The notes under the pieces: model-generated
What the model saw: the letters and a program-made list of their open reading frames with translations, nothing else
Told to the model about the DNA's origin: nothing
The model's database searches: none
Part shown: positions 26,118-42,284 of the stretch, one piece after another
Numbering within the stretch: position 1 is the stretch's first letter
How the letters are laid out: each line of letters opens with the position of its first letter
NCBI RefSeq assembly: GCF_009914755.1
Contig: NC_060926.1
Source: the human T2T-CHM13v2.0 reference genome, Homo sapiens
Direction: 5' to 3' (one strand)
Length of the DNA: 64,000 nucleotides
Position numbers and translations under genes: made by a program

Positions 26118-26402
26118 TAGGATGGTTAGCTCCATGTGTCAACTTGACTGGGCTAGGGGAGAGCTGATGAAACATTATTTCTGGGTGTGTCTGCGTGGGT
26201 ATTTCTAGAAAGGATTAGCATTTGAATCAGTGGACTGGGTAAAGAAGATCCACTGTCACCAACATGAGCATGCATCTTCCCATCCTTGGAGGGACTTCTC
26301 AGCCTTTATAACCTTGTGAGCCAAGGCCTATCATAAATGTCCTCTTACAGATTCACATATATCCTATTGGTTGTGTTTCTCTAGAGAACACTGACTAATA
26401 CT
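26118..26402 (+). mobile_element. MLT2 LTR with internal deletion
   Basis: atgtgtcaacttgactgggcta...aaacattatttctgggtgtgtctg...tcctattggttgtgtttctctagagaacactgactaatac; shorter than consensus. Confidence 0.85.
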
Positions 26403-26773
26403 TACCATCACCAATAAACTTCACTTTCAAATTAGTTTAAGTACTTTTTGTTTTTTTTTTGTTTTCTGAACCCCTCTGCTACTTTGCTAGTGATAGATCC
26501 TCTCTCCTCTTCAAAAAGTCCCTTCCTGTAGCTTCTGTGCCAAAACTCTCTGCTGGATTCTCTATTTCTGACAATTTTTAAAAAAAAATTTCTACTAAAG
26601 GTTTTTATTTTTGTTTCTCCATCAAAACTAGCAAAACTGTTTGGTTTCCGCACTTCTCTGTCTACAAATTCTTAACCTAATTACTATCTCTATGATTCCC
26701 TGAATTTTGTCTCCAACCTATACCTCTCCACGGATCTCCAGACCTACCTTGGAAAACGTGTTTAAAATGCATG

Positions 26774-26794
26774 CACACACACACACACACACAT
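26774..26794 (+). repeat. (CA)n microsatellite
   Basis: About 10 CA units. Confidence 0.85.
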
Positions 26795-28409
26795 TTCATG
26801 AAGGAAAATTGAAACTAAGTTTTGAAAGGTAAATAAGTTGGCAAATAGAATGAGGACACATAAAAGTACTTGGCAGAGAAACAACATATGAAAATGGACT
26901 CAGGCCTGGAGGCACGAAATGACAGTTTGAGTTGTAGAACCACACTTTGCTCTTGGCTGTTGTACAAAATGCAACAGGCACATGGCAGGAAATAATATCA
27001 TAAAGATAAGGAGAACCAAATTTAAACTAAAAGCTCAAACCAAAATGTATATAGTCTGCTTAAACATTGAGATTATTATTATTACTTTTATTATTTTTAT
27101 TCCTACAGGAGACGCAGTGTGTGAATGGAGAATTTTAGGGAAGAAATGACAAGTAATGACAAGGTAGATGTACGTGTGTGATAGATGAAAATGAGATGGC
27201 TGGAAGGTGCTTTGCCTCCAACTCTATCATTTTCCTTCCATCAGCCTCCACCATGAGGACCATGGTGTTGTCCTCTGCATCTTTTATAACATCTCACTTA
27301 AGGCCCAGGCCTACTCAGGTGTCAGGCTTAGCAGTCTTTCACTATTTTCAGAATAGCCCAAAAATCCTCAGAAAAAAAGTGATGTTTAAAATTTTGAGTA
27401 GCACACTCTATCAGTAAAGCAAACAGAAAAACACAACTTTAGGGTATCCCAGTAAAGGCATATTCATTTATATAATATATGTATGTCCTGCTGCAGTAAC
27501 ATGCAATAAATCTTATAAAACACGCACTTGATAAATTTTAAAATTATTTTGAAAAGGTAAATGTAAATACTTTTAAATAATCAATGTCTTTTAAAGATCT
27601 TTTTTATTACAATATGTATGTGTGTTGTCGGTATATACATTTTTTATATAAATATTTGAGTACTTCATAGATACAAAATTCATATATATGTGAGATAGAT
27701 ATATACATATGTGTTCTCTCCATATATATGTATGTGTATATATATAATATGATTGCTTATGCTTAATTACTTTTGAGAATATTGATTTATCACTTTTGTA
27801 ACAGCATTTCAAAGAGCTGCTTCTGAGTTCAGTTTATTTTGGTATTGTTTTCGATAATTGTCATATATAAAAAACGTACCCTCCACCATGAAACAATTTA
27901 CAAAATATGCACTTAGGCATGCTGCTTATTAACAATGGTGGTAATGTATCTGTATTCACATTTTAAGCAGTTTTTTTTTATTATTACAGTTTTACTGTTG
28001 CTTTTTGTTATGTATGATTAGAGCCTCATTTATTTACCACTATGTTTCAAGCAAAGCATTTATACTAGAATTAGAAGTGTCAGCTCTGACAATTTTTATT
28101 GTTAGTTTAGCTTGCATTATTGATATTATCTTCATTTTATAATTTCCTTGCAGGTGTCTTTTGAAGTTCCACGTCTATTTTGTAAGAGTTACCTGAGTTG
28201 AAATTATACCAAATTGTAAATTCATTTATCCAGGCAGATAAAAGCTGCAATACATTGCAATATACTGAAAATAGATAGATAAATGAGGGCACCACTTTGA
28301 ATCCTTTGAAACAGATAAAGCGAGGGGCTTGAAAGTATAATTTCAAAAATGAATTATAAACAGAGTGTTCTCCAAATACAAAATAAACACTTTTTAATAA
28401 TTTTATTCA

Positions 28410-29110
28410 TTTGTATATCTTCTTTTGAGAAATATCTATTCAGACCTTATGCCCATTTTTAATAGGGTTATTAGATTTTTTATTGAGTCCTTTGAGCTTC
28501 TTGTATATTCTGGTTATTAATCCCTTGTCAGATGGATAATTTGCAAATATGTTCTCCCATTCTGTGGGTTGTCTCTTCACTTTGTTGATTGTCAACTTTG
28601 CAGTGAAGACTTTTTAACTTAATGTGATCATATTTGTGCGTTTTCACTCTGCTTGCTTGTGCTTTTGAAATAAGCTAAGCGCAGAAAGACAAATTTCTCA
28701 TGTTCTCACTCATTTGTAGAAGCTAAAAATTAAAACAATTGAACTCATGAAGACAGAGAGTAGAATGATGGTTGCCAGAGCCTCAGAAGGGTAGTAGGGG
28801 AGTGTAGAAAATGGGGGTGGTTAATGGGTACAAAATATCATTAGATACAATCTATAAGATTTAGTATTTTATGGCACAACAGGAGATTACAGACAGCAAT
28901 AATTTGTTGTACATTTTAAAATAGCTGAGGGAGTACAGTTGGAATGTTTGTAACACAAAGACATGATGAGTGCTTGAGGTCATGGAAACCACATTTACCT
29001 TGATGTGATTTGTAAACACTGTGTACTTGTATTAAAACATCAAATGTACCACATAAATAAATACACCAACTATGTACCAATACAAATTGTAAAATACAAA
29101 AGAAATAAGT
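28410..29110. mobile_element. 5'-inverted L1MA2/3-like element: minus-strand ORF2 piece 28410-28668 plus plus-strand 3' end 28669-29110
   Basis: Strand switch at gcttttga|aataagc; shared flanking repeat attttattca at 28400-28409 and 29114-29123. Confidence 0.8.
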
Positions 29111-29984
29111 AACATTTTATTCAGCTAATTAATTAATTATGTAAATAGCAAGAGGGAAAAGATAGCTCAAAGAACTATTCAGGATGTGAGTATTTACAGG
29201 CCACTTAATAAAGGAATATTAGAATAAGATCACTTGGTTTTAATTCCTAGAGGCCAATAAAATATAATCCTCAGGATTAAATTTGTACTTGGCATTTCCA
29301 TTTCTACTAGGAAAACTTTTACTAATTACCATGTGACTTCACTAGTCTGAGATTTTTAACAAGAAATGCATGGTGATTTGAACAAAGTACATTCCCTTAT
29401 ACAAAGTAATTTGTAAGTACGTATACCTGTGCCCTGTGCCAAACACCTTTTGTACAATTTCCCAATTAAAAATTGTTTTCCTTAACACTTTGAAATGTGC
29501 TGTTTTAATAGTAAGGATAAAATGGATGAACAAAATTGACCTAACTTGAGATACTAATGCATAATATGCTACAATCAAAATCTGTAATATTCCATTTTCA
29601 GTTTCTTTCTCTAGGGGTTGCTATTTGAATCATCAGGATCACAGAAGATATTCTGTTGCATGTACTCTTAAGACTGATAGAGAAATAAATGCATTGTGCA
29701 ATTGTTTTTATACTATCACTGATAAGCTTTGACTGCATGCCCACTGAAAGCCAACAGTTCTATCTTATGCATAGAAATAAACAGATAGCAGATAAATAAC
29801 ACAGCTTCATCCTTTAAGGGTTTTTAAGTCTCCAAAAGACAATGCAGAGAGCACAAAAAAGTCAATGGAATACATGGAAATCTCTTTTCATATTTTTATT
29901 ATTTTCTCAACTAGTTATTGTGGACTTATATTGGGTTGTTTGGGAAATAGATTCCAATCTGCATTTTTTATAATATTATTTACA

Positions 29985-30362
29985 TGAGGGGAGAGAGAAA
30001 GGGAGACACAATGAAGTATATAAAAGCAACACAACAGAAGTCTGTAAGGTTACACTGTGACACAGAGTAGAATATGGCAAACCTTCCTGGAAGTGTGTTG
30101 GGAAGAAATTCAAAGAGAAAGTGATACTTTAAATCTTGAAAAATTGGAAAACCTTCTTGAGGTGGACAAGATGAAGAAAAGCATGACAATTGAGATAGCA
30201 GTGAAACCCAATGTGAGATTTTAAACATCACTACACGTTTAGGGAAATGGATGTGGTTCTACGTGTGAAATAGAGCATGAGGAAAAGGAAGGCTGGAGAA
30301 ATCCACAAAAGACAGAATAATGTGCGTCTTCTAAATCACACAAAATATTTTGGACTTTGTCA
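29985..30362 (-). mobile_element. L2 fragment
   Basis: Purine-rich L2 antisense pattern ...gagaaagtgatactttaaatcttgaa...aggctggagaaat...attttggactttg. Confidence 0.5.
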
Positions 30363-30669
30363 ATGACGAACATCCTCTAACACACTGCAGGCCCTCTTCA
30401 TGAAGAATGGAGATGCCAGTTCGGCTTTTTCAACATCAGAATCACTGATCGACTCCCATTATACTCTCCTGATTTCAATTGACTTTTGATACATAGGTCA
30501 TTGCCAATGCTATTAGCTTAGCACCTTCTATCTTCCTATCAATTTTTATCAGTAATTATCTTCATTATTGCTATCTGCTGAGTGGGCAGGTTGAAAATAG
30601 ATCTAAAGTTTATTAATCTTAAATCTTTAATCGTTTAAATATTGTTATCACATGGTGCCAAGGGTTTGC

Positions 30670-30910
30670 TATGGGGTAGTATGGAGAAAGCGGGTAGAGA
30701 ATCATTGTTCAATTATCATACTGGATTCTACTAGACACTTTATCACTTTGGATGAATCGTGCCATCTCTGCTAGACTCAATTTCTTCACCAATAGAATGG
30801 AAATTAGCCGCTATAAGTGGAGAATGCCATTCAAATCCTCTCAGGGTTGCCTTTAAGAGTTAAACTCTAATGACTACACATATGCAAAAGATAAAGTGCC
30901 TGCTCAGGAA
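30670..30910 (+). mobile_element. MIR
   Basis: actttggatgaatc...tctctgctagactcaatttcttcacc...aatgg...ctctcagggttg. Confidence 0.5.
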
Positions 30911-32280
30911 AAGAATGGAATGTGTAAAACTCAGCTATTTAGCTAAAAGCAAAAGCATTTCAAAATAAAAGAAATGGGCAAACAAAGACTAAGCCGATCT
31001 TTAATAGCCAGGTTGACAAGGGCCCCTCTAGGGATTTTTCAGAAGAGATGAGGTCCCCAGTGTGAGTAGGGTCATCATGTCTTCACAACTGACGTGAGCA
31101 AATATTTTAAACATTTAGCTTTGTTCCAAAGTGTTCCTTGCCTAGCACCTTTGAATTGCAATGCAATTTCTCAATTTTATTTCTACTCATGGAAGGGGAA
31201 AGTATGAGTGAAAGGATAAACTCTTACAATCCACAAATAGCTAATTTATAATGTGCAATGACAAAACTGGTAGTCTGAGTTAAAATCTTGGTTACTTATG
31301 AACTTACTCGTGGGTGTCCTTCTTCAAGTCTACGTTTATAAAACTACTGTCATCTTTCTTCATTAATGTGACTAAATCTTTTTGCCTGTTGCTGAAGATC
31401 ATATTGCTCTTGATAAATGTACCACATGTGTTTTGTGGTGATTTGTTGTGGTGGCAGTCCTAGCCTAGAGACTACATACAATGTTTCTTTCATATTTCAG
31501 ATGGAGCAATTACGTTTGTGTTAATCATTTCACAAGATTGATACGAGGCACCATAAAATTGAAAAGTAAGAAATAAAGGAGGCTAGATTACTGCCACTGT
31601 TTTTCAAATTTCACCAAAGAGATTATAATTAGTCCATTACAATTTGTGCATTTATAGCCTCTAACATCTAAATCACTATTATTCCAAAATGAAAAGAATG
31701 AGTGATTATTTTACTACTCTACTAGATATTTTTACTAAAGAATTTTCCTAAAAAATTAAATACTAATATTAAGAGAAATAAGTCTCTTAAAGAATTTTCA
31801 CCACTATATTAGTGAATTGATGTAAGAAAAATAAATTACTCAGTTAAGAACTTCATTTATTTACATTTAACCCAGGTTTCATCCAAGCTCTGCAGTCTTT
31901 TAATACTGTGAAAGAATATATTATCTGAAGACCTTTCTGAGTAAACAGAAATTCATACCATCATCATTACTATTGGAAAATATTAATAATATTCTAAATA
32001 TTCTTAAGAGCTTGGAATAGTCTAAATTTGTAAATAAGGTGATGATATTTAGGGATATGCCTTTAAAATATCACATGGTAGTGGTACCACTTAGCAGGCC
32101 TGACAGGAGTTTATTTCTCTAGAAGAATGAATTTAGGTTTGATGTTTTAATTTACTATTTGAGTAGAGCTCAGTATTGTGAAGTTGCATATTAACTTGTT
32201 AATTTATTTTCCGTAGTAAAGATAAGCCCCAGAAATAGATTTTGATTGCCTAATATAGGAGTAACTCATTTTAATCTAAC

Positions 32281-32405
32281 CCTTCCTTCCCTTCCTTCCC
32301 TTCCCTCCCCTTCCCTCCCCTCCCCTCCCCTTTCCTTCTTCCTTCCTTCCTTCCTTCCTTGCTTCCTTCTTCCTTCCTTCCTCTCACTTTCTCTCTCTTC
32401 TCTTT
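32281..32405 (+). repeat. CT-rich (CCTT/CCCTT) low-complexity repeat
   Basis: Directly visible. Confidence 0.9.
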
Positions 32406-32669
32406 CATGTGCTGCAAATCTGTCATTCCTCAAATGCTCTTGCTACTAGCTTACTATTTTTACTGGTCCCTGCACTGATGATTTTAATAAATCTTTGATC
32501 TTTGTCCTGTGCATTATTTTAGTTATTGGTACAGCTCATGTTTCAAAGTGTTATATGTGTATATATACACATATATATGTACACATGTGTGTTTATATAT
32601 ATATATAACCTATGTTAGTGTTTGGATCATGAAAAGCACACAAAAATATTAGCTATTAGTATTATTCTC

Positions 32670-32920
32670 TTGGTAGTATAACTCAGAGATTAAAGATATA
32701 GATTTTAGAATGAGGCACATTAGATTTAAATTCAAGCTTTAGGTCATATAAATTACGTAAATTTGAACAGATTCTTTAAACCTTTCTAAATTCCTATGAT
32801 TAATACAGAGATACAGACAGTGACAGCAACCACCTCCTTTGATTGTTGTGAGGATTAAGTAACATTAAGCATTTTAAAGTTCTTGGCAAAATTCTGATAC
32901 TTCCTAAATGTTTAATGTCA
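32670..32920 (+). mobile_element. MIR
   Basis: gattttagaatgagg...acctcctttgattgttgtgaggattaagtaa. Confidence 0.55.
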
Positions 32921-33964
32921 CTATTAATCAAATAAAAGGAACTTGTTCTCAGAATGTGGATGTAATAAACAATGCCTATGATGGATTGTGCAGTACTATA
33001 TCTACAAGAGAGTAGAAGGGCACTTATGCTTCTATAGCCATAATAACGAGAATAAAATTACCTGTGTTTTAGTAGATCTCCCATCAAATGCCAGTGAAGT
33101 TGGTAAAGAAACATTTCCCGTTTTCTTAATGTGCAAATTGCTGAAATGGATTTTCTTAAGTGAAAGATTTCTACTCCTAAATCCTTTTAAGTGTGTCCTA
33201 GTTCCCAGAAGAGAGGTTTAAAATTGCTCCCAGGCACCAGACACACATTTCAAAGTGCAATATTCAGTGAGCCCTTCAGAATCTGCTTAATAATGAACAC
33301 ATGTGTGTTGACACGAGGCTAATATAGTTGATATATTGATTATAGTCCCTCTGAAATATGAACTTTTTCTGCCTAACCAAGTGTCCTCAAGAAAGAAATG
33401 CAGAATCTCTGTCTGGACCAATTAGAAGGTACACAAATTTGACTTGTCCTACAACATCACAGACCTCATATTAATAAAATAACTGAATTGAATTTTCCTC
33501 TTTTTGTTTTTCCCTTGTGCAAATTAAGTAAAGAATAACTGGCCAAGGGCCAGGAGGCGTGCCTGTGATTAACTAATGAGGAATCCTTACAAGGACGGTG
33601 TCAATCAGAGTGTGTTGGGGGGGAACAGAGTTCCAATAAATGGGTTTTGATTTGAGCTAGAAAAAAGAGCATGGCTAAGATGAGAGGCAGAAACAAGTAA
33701 AGAGCAGTCTCATTCCTCAAACAGTCTGTCATAATCATGTTTGGAAACAATTTTAAACATAAAATGGTTTTCATCTACCACCCAACTTCCTCGTAGGCAT
33801 CCTCTCTTACTGCCAGCTTTCGTGTGTATAATATTACGCTAACACAAGTGCAATTAGGAAGCTAGCCTACTACCAAACATGTTTACCCATGTAGGAGTGA
33901 GATCACATGCTATTAAGCATTATCTGATCAAGAAAGTGTTGGTGGGTAACATTTTTAAAAGACG

Positions 33965-34220
33965 AATGTGGTTTTGTAGGAGACAAGCTCTATGTTTACA
34001 CTGTTGTGCTGTCATATATGCTGTGTGTGACCTTGGGGAACTTCCTTAAGCAATCTAGGCTTAGTTTTCTCATCGGTGAAATGTTAATAATATGACCAGA
34101 ACTTGCAAGAATGCTGTTAAGACTAAACAAGAGCAGAAATGTTGAGATGATTCACTGAGATGATGGATGTGAAAACACAGTTCCTGACATTTAGTATATA
34201 GCAAATTGATGTTAGTTTTC
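33965..34220 (+). mobile_element. MIR
   Basis: gctgtgtgtgaccttggggaacttccttaagcaatctaggcttagttttctcatcggtgaaatg. Confidence 0.7.
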
Positions 34221-34339
34221 TTTTGTTAATCTGTTATGGCTCCCCACTAATTAATCTTAATTAATCCACATTATTGTTCCTTAATAATTAGCATAGACCT
34301 TACTGCAGTCTTTGCTTGCATATTTGTTTCCTGAGAGAG

Positions 34340-36720
<2,381 letters not shown>

Positions 36721-36879
36721 GAACACTGGTGATTGTCAACATCAGTCAGACACCAATATGAGGAACGGAATGTGTTGGAATTAATTCCACCATAATATTG
36801 ATTGGATTTGTTTCACATGCTTTGAAGTTATGCTTTTACTTCCAAAGAAAGGACAAGATCAATGCTACAGGACAAAATA

Positions 36880-37320
36880 AATGGTCTCTACTATTTATTC
36901 TCTGTTGTGCCCATACATACATTCTCCATCCTTCTCTGCTCGGCTTTGTGCTCTGGAAGAAACACAGCTGTTGGCTGGTTATTCTAGGCATCTTGTCTTC
37001 TGTCTTCCACACTCAGAGGATGGCACAGCCATCTTATTCCCACAGTCTCTTCTCTACAAATTGGCAATGGCCATGGTTTTCTATCCTCTCAGGTCATCAG
37101 TCAACCTTTCTATTAGACCTACTATCTTTTGAGTTTCCAATATGATTTAGGGCTCCTAACAGCTTCTTTCTCATTCTTACAATGCCCTGAGTGCTACACA
37201 CATCTTCTTGGTATTTTTAACACTGTTCAGACCTATGGAAATAGTCCATTTTTAAAATCTTCACTTAAGTAAACCCTCTGAGTGTGCCATCTGTTTCTTT
37301 AAGGGATCCTCTGGAGACCC
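36880..37320 (+). mobile_element. LTR33-like ERVL LTR
   Basis: ttctccatccttctctgctcggctttgtgctctggaag... and 3' end aaatagtcc...tgagtgtgccatctgtttc. Confidence 0.65.
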
Positions 37321-37873
37321 AAATATTTGGTGAATTTTATCTATCAATGTTTTAAGATATTTCCATTTGCAGCTGTAAGTGACATTAATCTATTGTTTTC
37401 TTTGTGTGCAATTTTATCAGATTGTGCTACTACTCTGCTGCTACATCCTGTCATGTATCTCACTGAGTTTTATAACTCTCTATTTTAAACTTAAGATTTC
37501 ACAAAAACCTGCAAAGACAGGATAGACAATGTCCATCTAGGCTTCACCCATACTTATCCATATTATTTGATTTTTAAAATTTACTGATTGGTTTTATCCA
37601 ACTTTATTGTTTTTACTTGCAAACTTGGCTATTTTTTCCATGATACTTTGCCCTTTTTCTTATACCAAGCCTATTTTTATAGCACTTATGTTTTAAATGT
37701 GTAATTTTTTTAAGTTTTGTGGTATTCAGCATCAACTTTGGTATGTTTTATGATCCTTATGCCTGGTAGATTACTTGGTCATATCATCTGTAATTTCTGT
37801 GCATGCATATGAAGCCATATTTACACATGGCTTCTTCTTTAGTCGATCTTTCCCTTGGCTATGATAGTGTTTC

Positions 37874-38589
37874 TGTTACCAGTGATGAAAACATATGAGG
37901 CTGCAGCAAACTTCATCCTTGACTCCTCAAAGAAAAGAATTCAGCCGAGGGGCAGAAGTAGGTTTAAGGCAGAGGGAGAGACTGAGACAAGTTTTAGATC
38001 AGGAGTGAGAGTTTACTTAAAAGTTTTAGAGCAGGAGTGAAAGGAAGCAAAGTATACTTGGAAGAGGGCCAAGAGTGGGTACTTGAGAGATAGGAGTGTG
38101 CCACTCAGCCCTTGACTTGGGGTTTTATACATTGGCATGATCCAAGGTTTTCTTTTCTCCTCCCTTGATCCTTCCCTTGGGATGGGCTATTGCTCAGCTT
38201 CCACATTCACAGTGTTGGTCAGCACTCGGGAGGGTGACCGCATGTGTAGTGTGTTTACTAAGGTTGTGTGCATGCTCTTTTGGGGGCTATTTTATTTTAC
38301 TGGTTGAACACCCTCAAAGAAAGGTCATACATCTGCCATTTTTCCTCTTAGTGCATATGCTTGAGCCTGCTGGCCTAACTCCTGAGATCTTATCCGGAAG
38401 CTACTGATCACTAGCTGCAGGTATTTTCTATCTGTTGAGCAGCTGTTTTCCCTTGGCACCAGCTGTGATCAATTATCATTTCAGAGAGACAGTTTAACAA
38501 CCGCCTGACCATCACCGGATGATCACCTGTCATTTCTGGGATTGTTCTCTGCTTCCCTGTTCATGTCTGCCTAACTACCTACTCTAACA
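37874..38589 (-). mobile_element. MER50 (ERV1) solo LTR
   Basis: Minus strand starts TGTTAGAGTAGGTAGTTAGGCAGACATG; TG..CA ends; 4-bp TSD TTTC (37870-37873, 38590-38593). Confidence 0.85.
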
Positions 38590-40229
38590 TTTCTAGAGCA
38601 TGGATGTTGAAAGCCTCTCTTGGGTTCCCTGGGCGATCACTGTTCTGAGGCTAGTTTTTAAATTAATATCTCAGCTTGTGTGACCCAAATGCAAAGTTTG
38701 ATTTTATCCACTTGGAGTTTGTATTTCTCAAGGGAGATTTCTTTCACCACTCATTTACCTGATGCAGGGCAAAACTTCCTCAGGGCTTCCCTGTAGTAGT
38801 GAACTCATTTTTAGGCTTTCTATCCCCAAGAGGGCACTTTTTTCTGGTTTCAGATTTCTGCTGAGATTTTAGTTTCAGATCCCCACTTCACATGTATCTA
38901 AGGCCAAATTTTCTCCCCTTGTATGTATGTTAATTTACTAGATCAACAACAATTTTCATGTCATTCTCAGCCTTGTTCTATGTTAGTTTGGAAGCTGACT
39001 GTGTTGTCTTCAAGTTTTGCTTTGTCTGATACCTGGAAGTATTTTCTCTTTCTTTTAAACTCAGCTAAAAATTACACCTTAAAGATATGCTATCTATCAT
39101 TTATATGGTGTTTGCATAATTATGTATACTTTCTTATACATAATTTCTTAGTATAATTTTTAGAATTTAAAAAGTATCTTTCCATGAAATCACACTAGAG
39201 ATTATTCAATTTAATTCAAATACTGTATTATTAGATATTTATCTATATTCTGTGTGCTTACATCAAAAAGACTGACCTGACTCTGTGTGAATGTGTAAGA
39301 GTTTTCTTTGAAAATTGTTAAGTGAAAATACTTCTCTTTCTTTGTAGTACTGTCTACAGTCCTGAGGGAAATTCTGTCTCCAGTTACTAACATTTAAAGA
39401 AAAGGTAACTCTCCTCTCCTCATTTCCTAAGACAGTCTGGTTACTCTCAATTATTAAACACATATTGGACATCTCTCTGTTTATACCACTCTACTGAGCA
39501 ATACTAAGAGAGGAAAAAAAGCAATAGGGCAATACTTTCTCTTCAAGTCATTAGGAAAAAGAAATGATTCAGGCGATCCATTGTAATAGAAGATACAATT
39601 TGTTAAGAGTTGTAGTAGAGATAAGAAATGCTTTACCTTGGCAAAGATGATATTTTCCTAAAACAGTTATTACTAGACTTCATGGCAGTATCCAAGGAAC
39701 ATCATGAGAAAGGAAAGAAATGGAAAACAAGCCTAGGAGAGAGAAGAGCAAACCAAAGCTCAGAAGTGGGAAAGGGCAATCAGTAGCCCAGGAATGGGGA
39801 GGAGCCCGTAGTCTGAATCTGTGGAGTTGGGTAGAGGACATAAGTGACTGTAGGTCTTGGTGGAGTTTGTGCATCAAGAGAATGGTTTGGAAGTTATTGT
39901 AGAGTCAGAGCTGCAAAGAGAAAATAGAAGCAATCGTGGAAATATAAAATCATCCGAGTAAATCCCGAAAGTTTGAAGATTCATTGCTGTTGGCTTTCTT
40001 CAGACAATGTGTGTACAGTAATAAAAACTAGTTTTCCACTCTTCTGGTTGGCTCTTGACATGCAACCTAGGAAAACACAATTATCTATTCTATTATGACT
40101 GTGAATTCACAAAGGCGGGGGTCGGGGGGTATTTACCAAAACCTGCCTTCTAAAATTCTAGTGTTCAAAAGCAATTACAAGTATTATGGTTATTTTGCAT
40201 TTATATAGCTGTATTTTATTTACAAGAGC

Positions 40230-40400
40230 TTTTACAACTGTGTGTATATTCGTGATATTTATTTGCTTTCTCTTTCTGCAGTCCTGTGAAGTGTGTCAGG
40301 GTTATTGGCCTTATTGTGCAGATTAAACATCTGAGGCAATTAAGATTTGAAGGGAGTTTCAATTTATTTTTGGCTTTGGAAGAACAGTTCACAGGTAACA
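40230..40400 (-). mobile_element. MIR
   Basis: gccttattgtgcagattaaacatctgaggcaattaag. Confidence 0.5.
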
Positions 40401-40799
40401 AGAAGTCCATTTAAAAATGCAAAAGATGGGCTTGCAGAAGATAGCAATAAAAGAAAAACAAATATATTTTGCTTCTAGTAAATTAAGATAAGCCCCATTT
40501 CACATTAAAAGCATTTTTAAACTCCAAAGCCTCCCTTTCCATTAATCAGGAGAATATAATGCACTTGCTTAGACCAAAGGATTTTGATGCTGAGACTAAA
40601 CTAAAAGAGAAAGGCACTCTGCAGCCTTGGCAGGAAACGGAAAAAAGGAGGCAACTGGTAGAAATTAAAGGATGTGCAAACAACAAAACTCACCAAGCCC
40701 ATCATTCCTCAAAAAGAAAAAAAAAGTTGTACAGTAAATAAACTGTACTTCACAGTTCCAATGCAAAAGGATGGAGTTTGGGTAAAACAATGATAAGCC

Positions 40800-41335
40800 A
40801 TGGATACATTGCATTTTTTTTGTCCCAATGTCTATGAAAACAAACAGAAAAGGACAGGCAAAAATCTATAAATAGCACCCGATGCTGAGGAAGAAAAAAT
40901 AAAATAGGGACTAAAGTTTTCAACTAATGAAAATACAACCCCCAACACCAGCTACAAAACAAAGTTTTTAAAAATTAAATATTATCAGGCATTTGAAGAT
41001 ATTGAAGAACATCCAAATCTAGAAATTTTAAAAACTCAGAATAGAAATGAACAAATGGAAAGAAAGTGTTAAACCAAAATTAATGGACCAAGAAAATTGA
41101 AGAAGACACAACCACATGGGACATGAAAGCTGAATCCCAAAATGATAAAGGAAGGATAGATTTGACTGAAAAAGACTGAGAGGGTACTTCAAAATATGCA
41201 AAGGTTTTAGAACTTGAATGTAGAATGGGTAGTAAACATCAAAAGAGTTTAAAGGATAGAGAAAGTAAGCAAAAACACCCAGAAATATATAAAAATACCT
41301 GGAGAAGAACAGTGAAACAATATACTGCTTAGTAA
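40800..41335 (+). mobile_element. HAL1-like fragment
   Basis: aattaaatattatcaggcatttgaagatattgaagaacatccaaatctagaaattttaaaaactcagaatagaaatgaac resembles HAL1 ORF. Confidence 0.55.
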
Positions 41336-41342
41336 CAGTATA

Positions 41343-41682
41343 AAGTTGGCTTTCCACATCTGTGGGTCCCATGTCTGAAATTCAACCAACTGTGGAAGAG
41401 AAATATTCAGGAAAAAATATATAAAAACTAAGTATATAATAATAAAAAAATACATAAAACCAATAAGTATAACAGCTGTTTACATGATATTTACATTGTA
41501 TTAAGTATTATAACTAATCTGGAGATAATGTAAAGCATACAAGAGGATGTGTGTAGATTGTATGCAAATACCATGGCATTTTATATCAGGGACTACTACA
41601 TCTTCAGATTTTGGTATGAGGGGGCGTGAAGGTTAGGGAGGTGTCCTGCAACCAATGCCTTGTAGCTACTAAGAGATGACTT
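41343..41682 (+). mobile_element. Tigger3a/MER2-family MITE
   Basis: TA-flanked; gttggctttccacatctgtgggt...attcaaccaac...tttacattgtattaagtattataactaatctggagat...gatgactt. Confidence 0.85.
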
Positions 41683-41713
41683 TATATAGAACTGCTATTT
41701 AAAATTATAATAC

Positions 41714-42088
<375 letters not shown>

Positions 42089-42284
42089 TTATCTAGGCCC
42101 TCATGCAGAGCAAATGAGTTATACAACAGTGAAAGAAAACAGGAAGGAGTAGATTGATTTTGGAAGAGCATCATGGAATGCAAGGCAACAGCAGAAAAAC
42201 AACTTCAAGAAACTCAAATATGTGAGCCGAAGAGCACATTGACCTAGAAATTAGAGCAAAAGTATCATGAATTTCTCCACCAAG

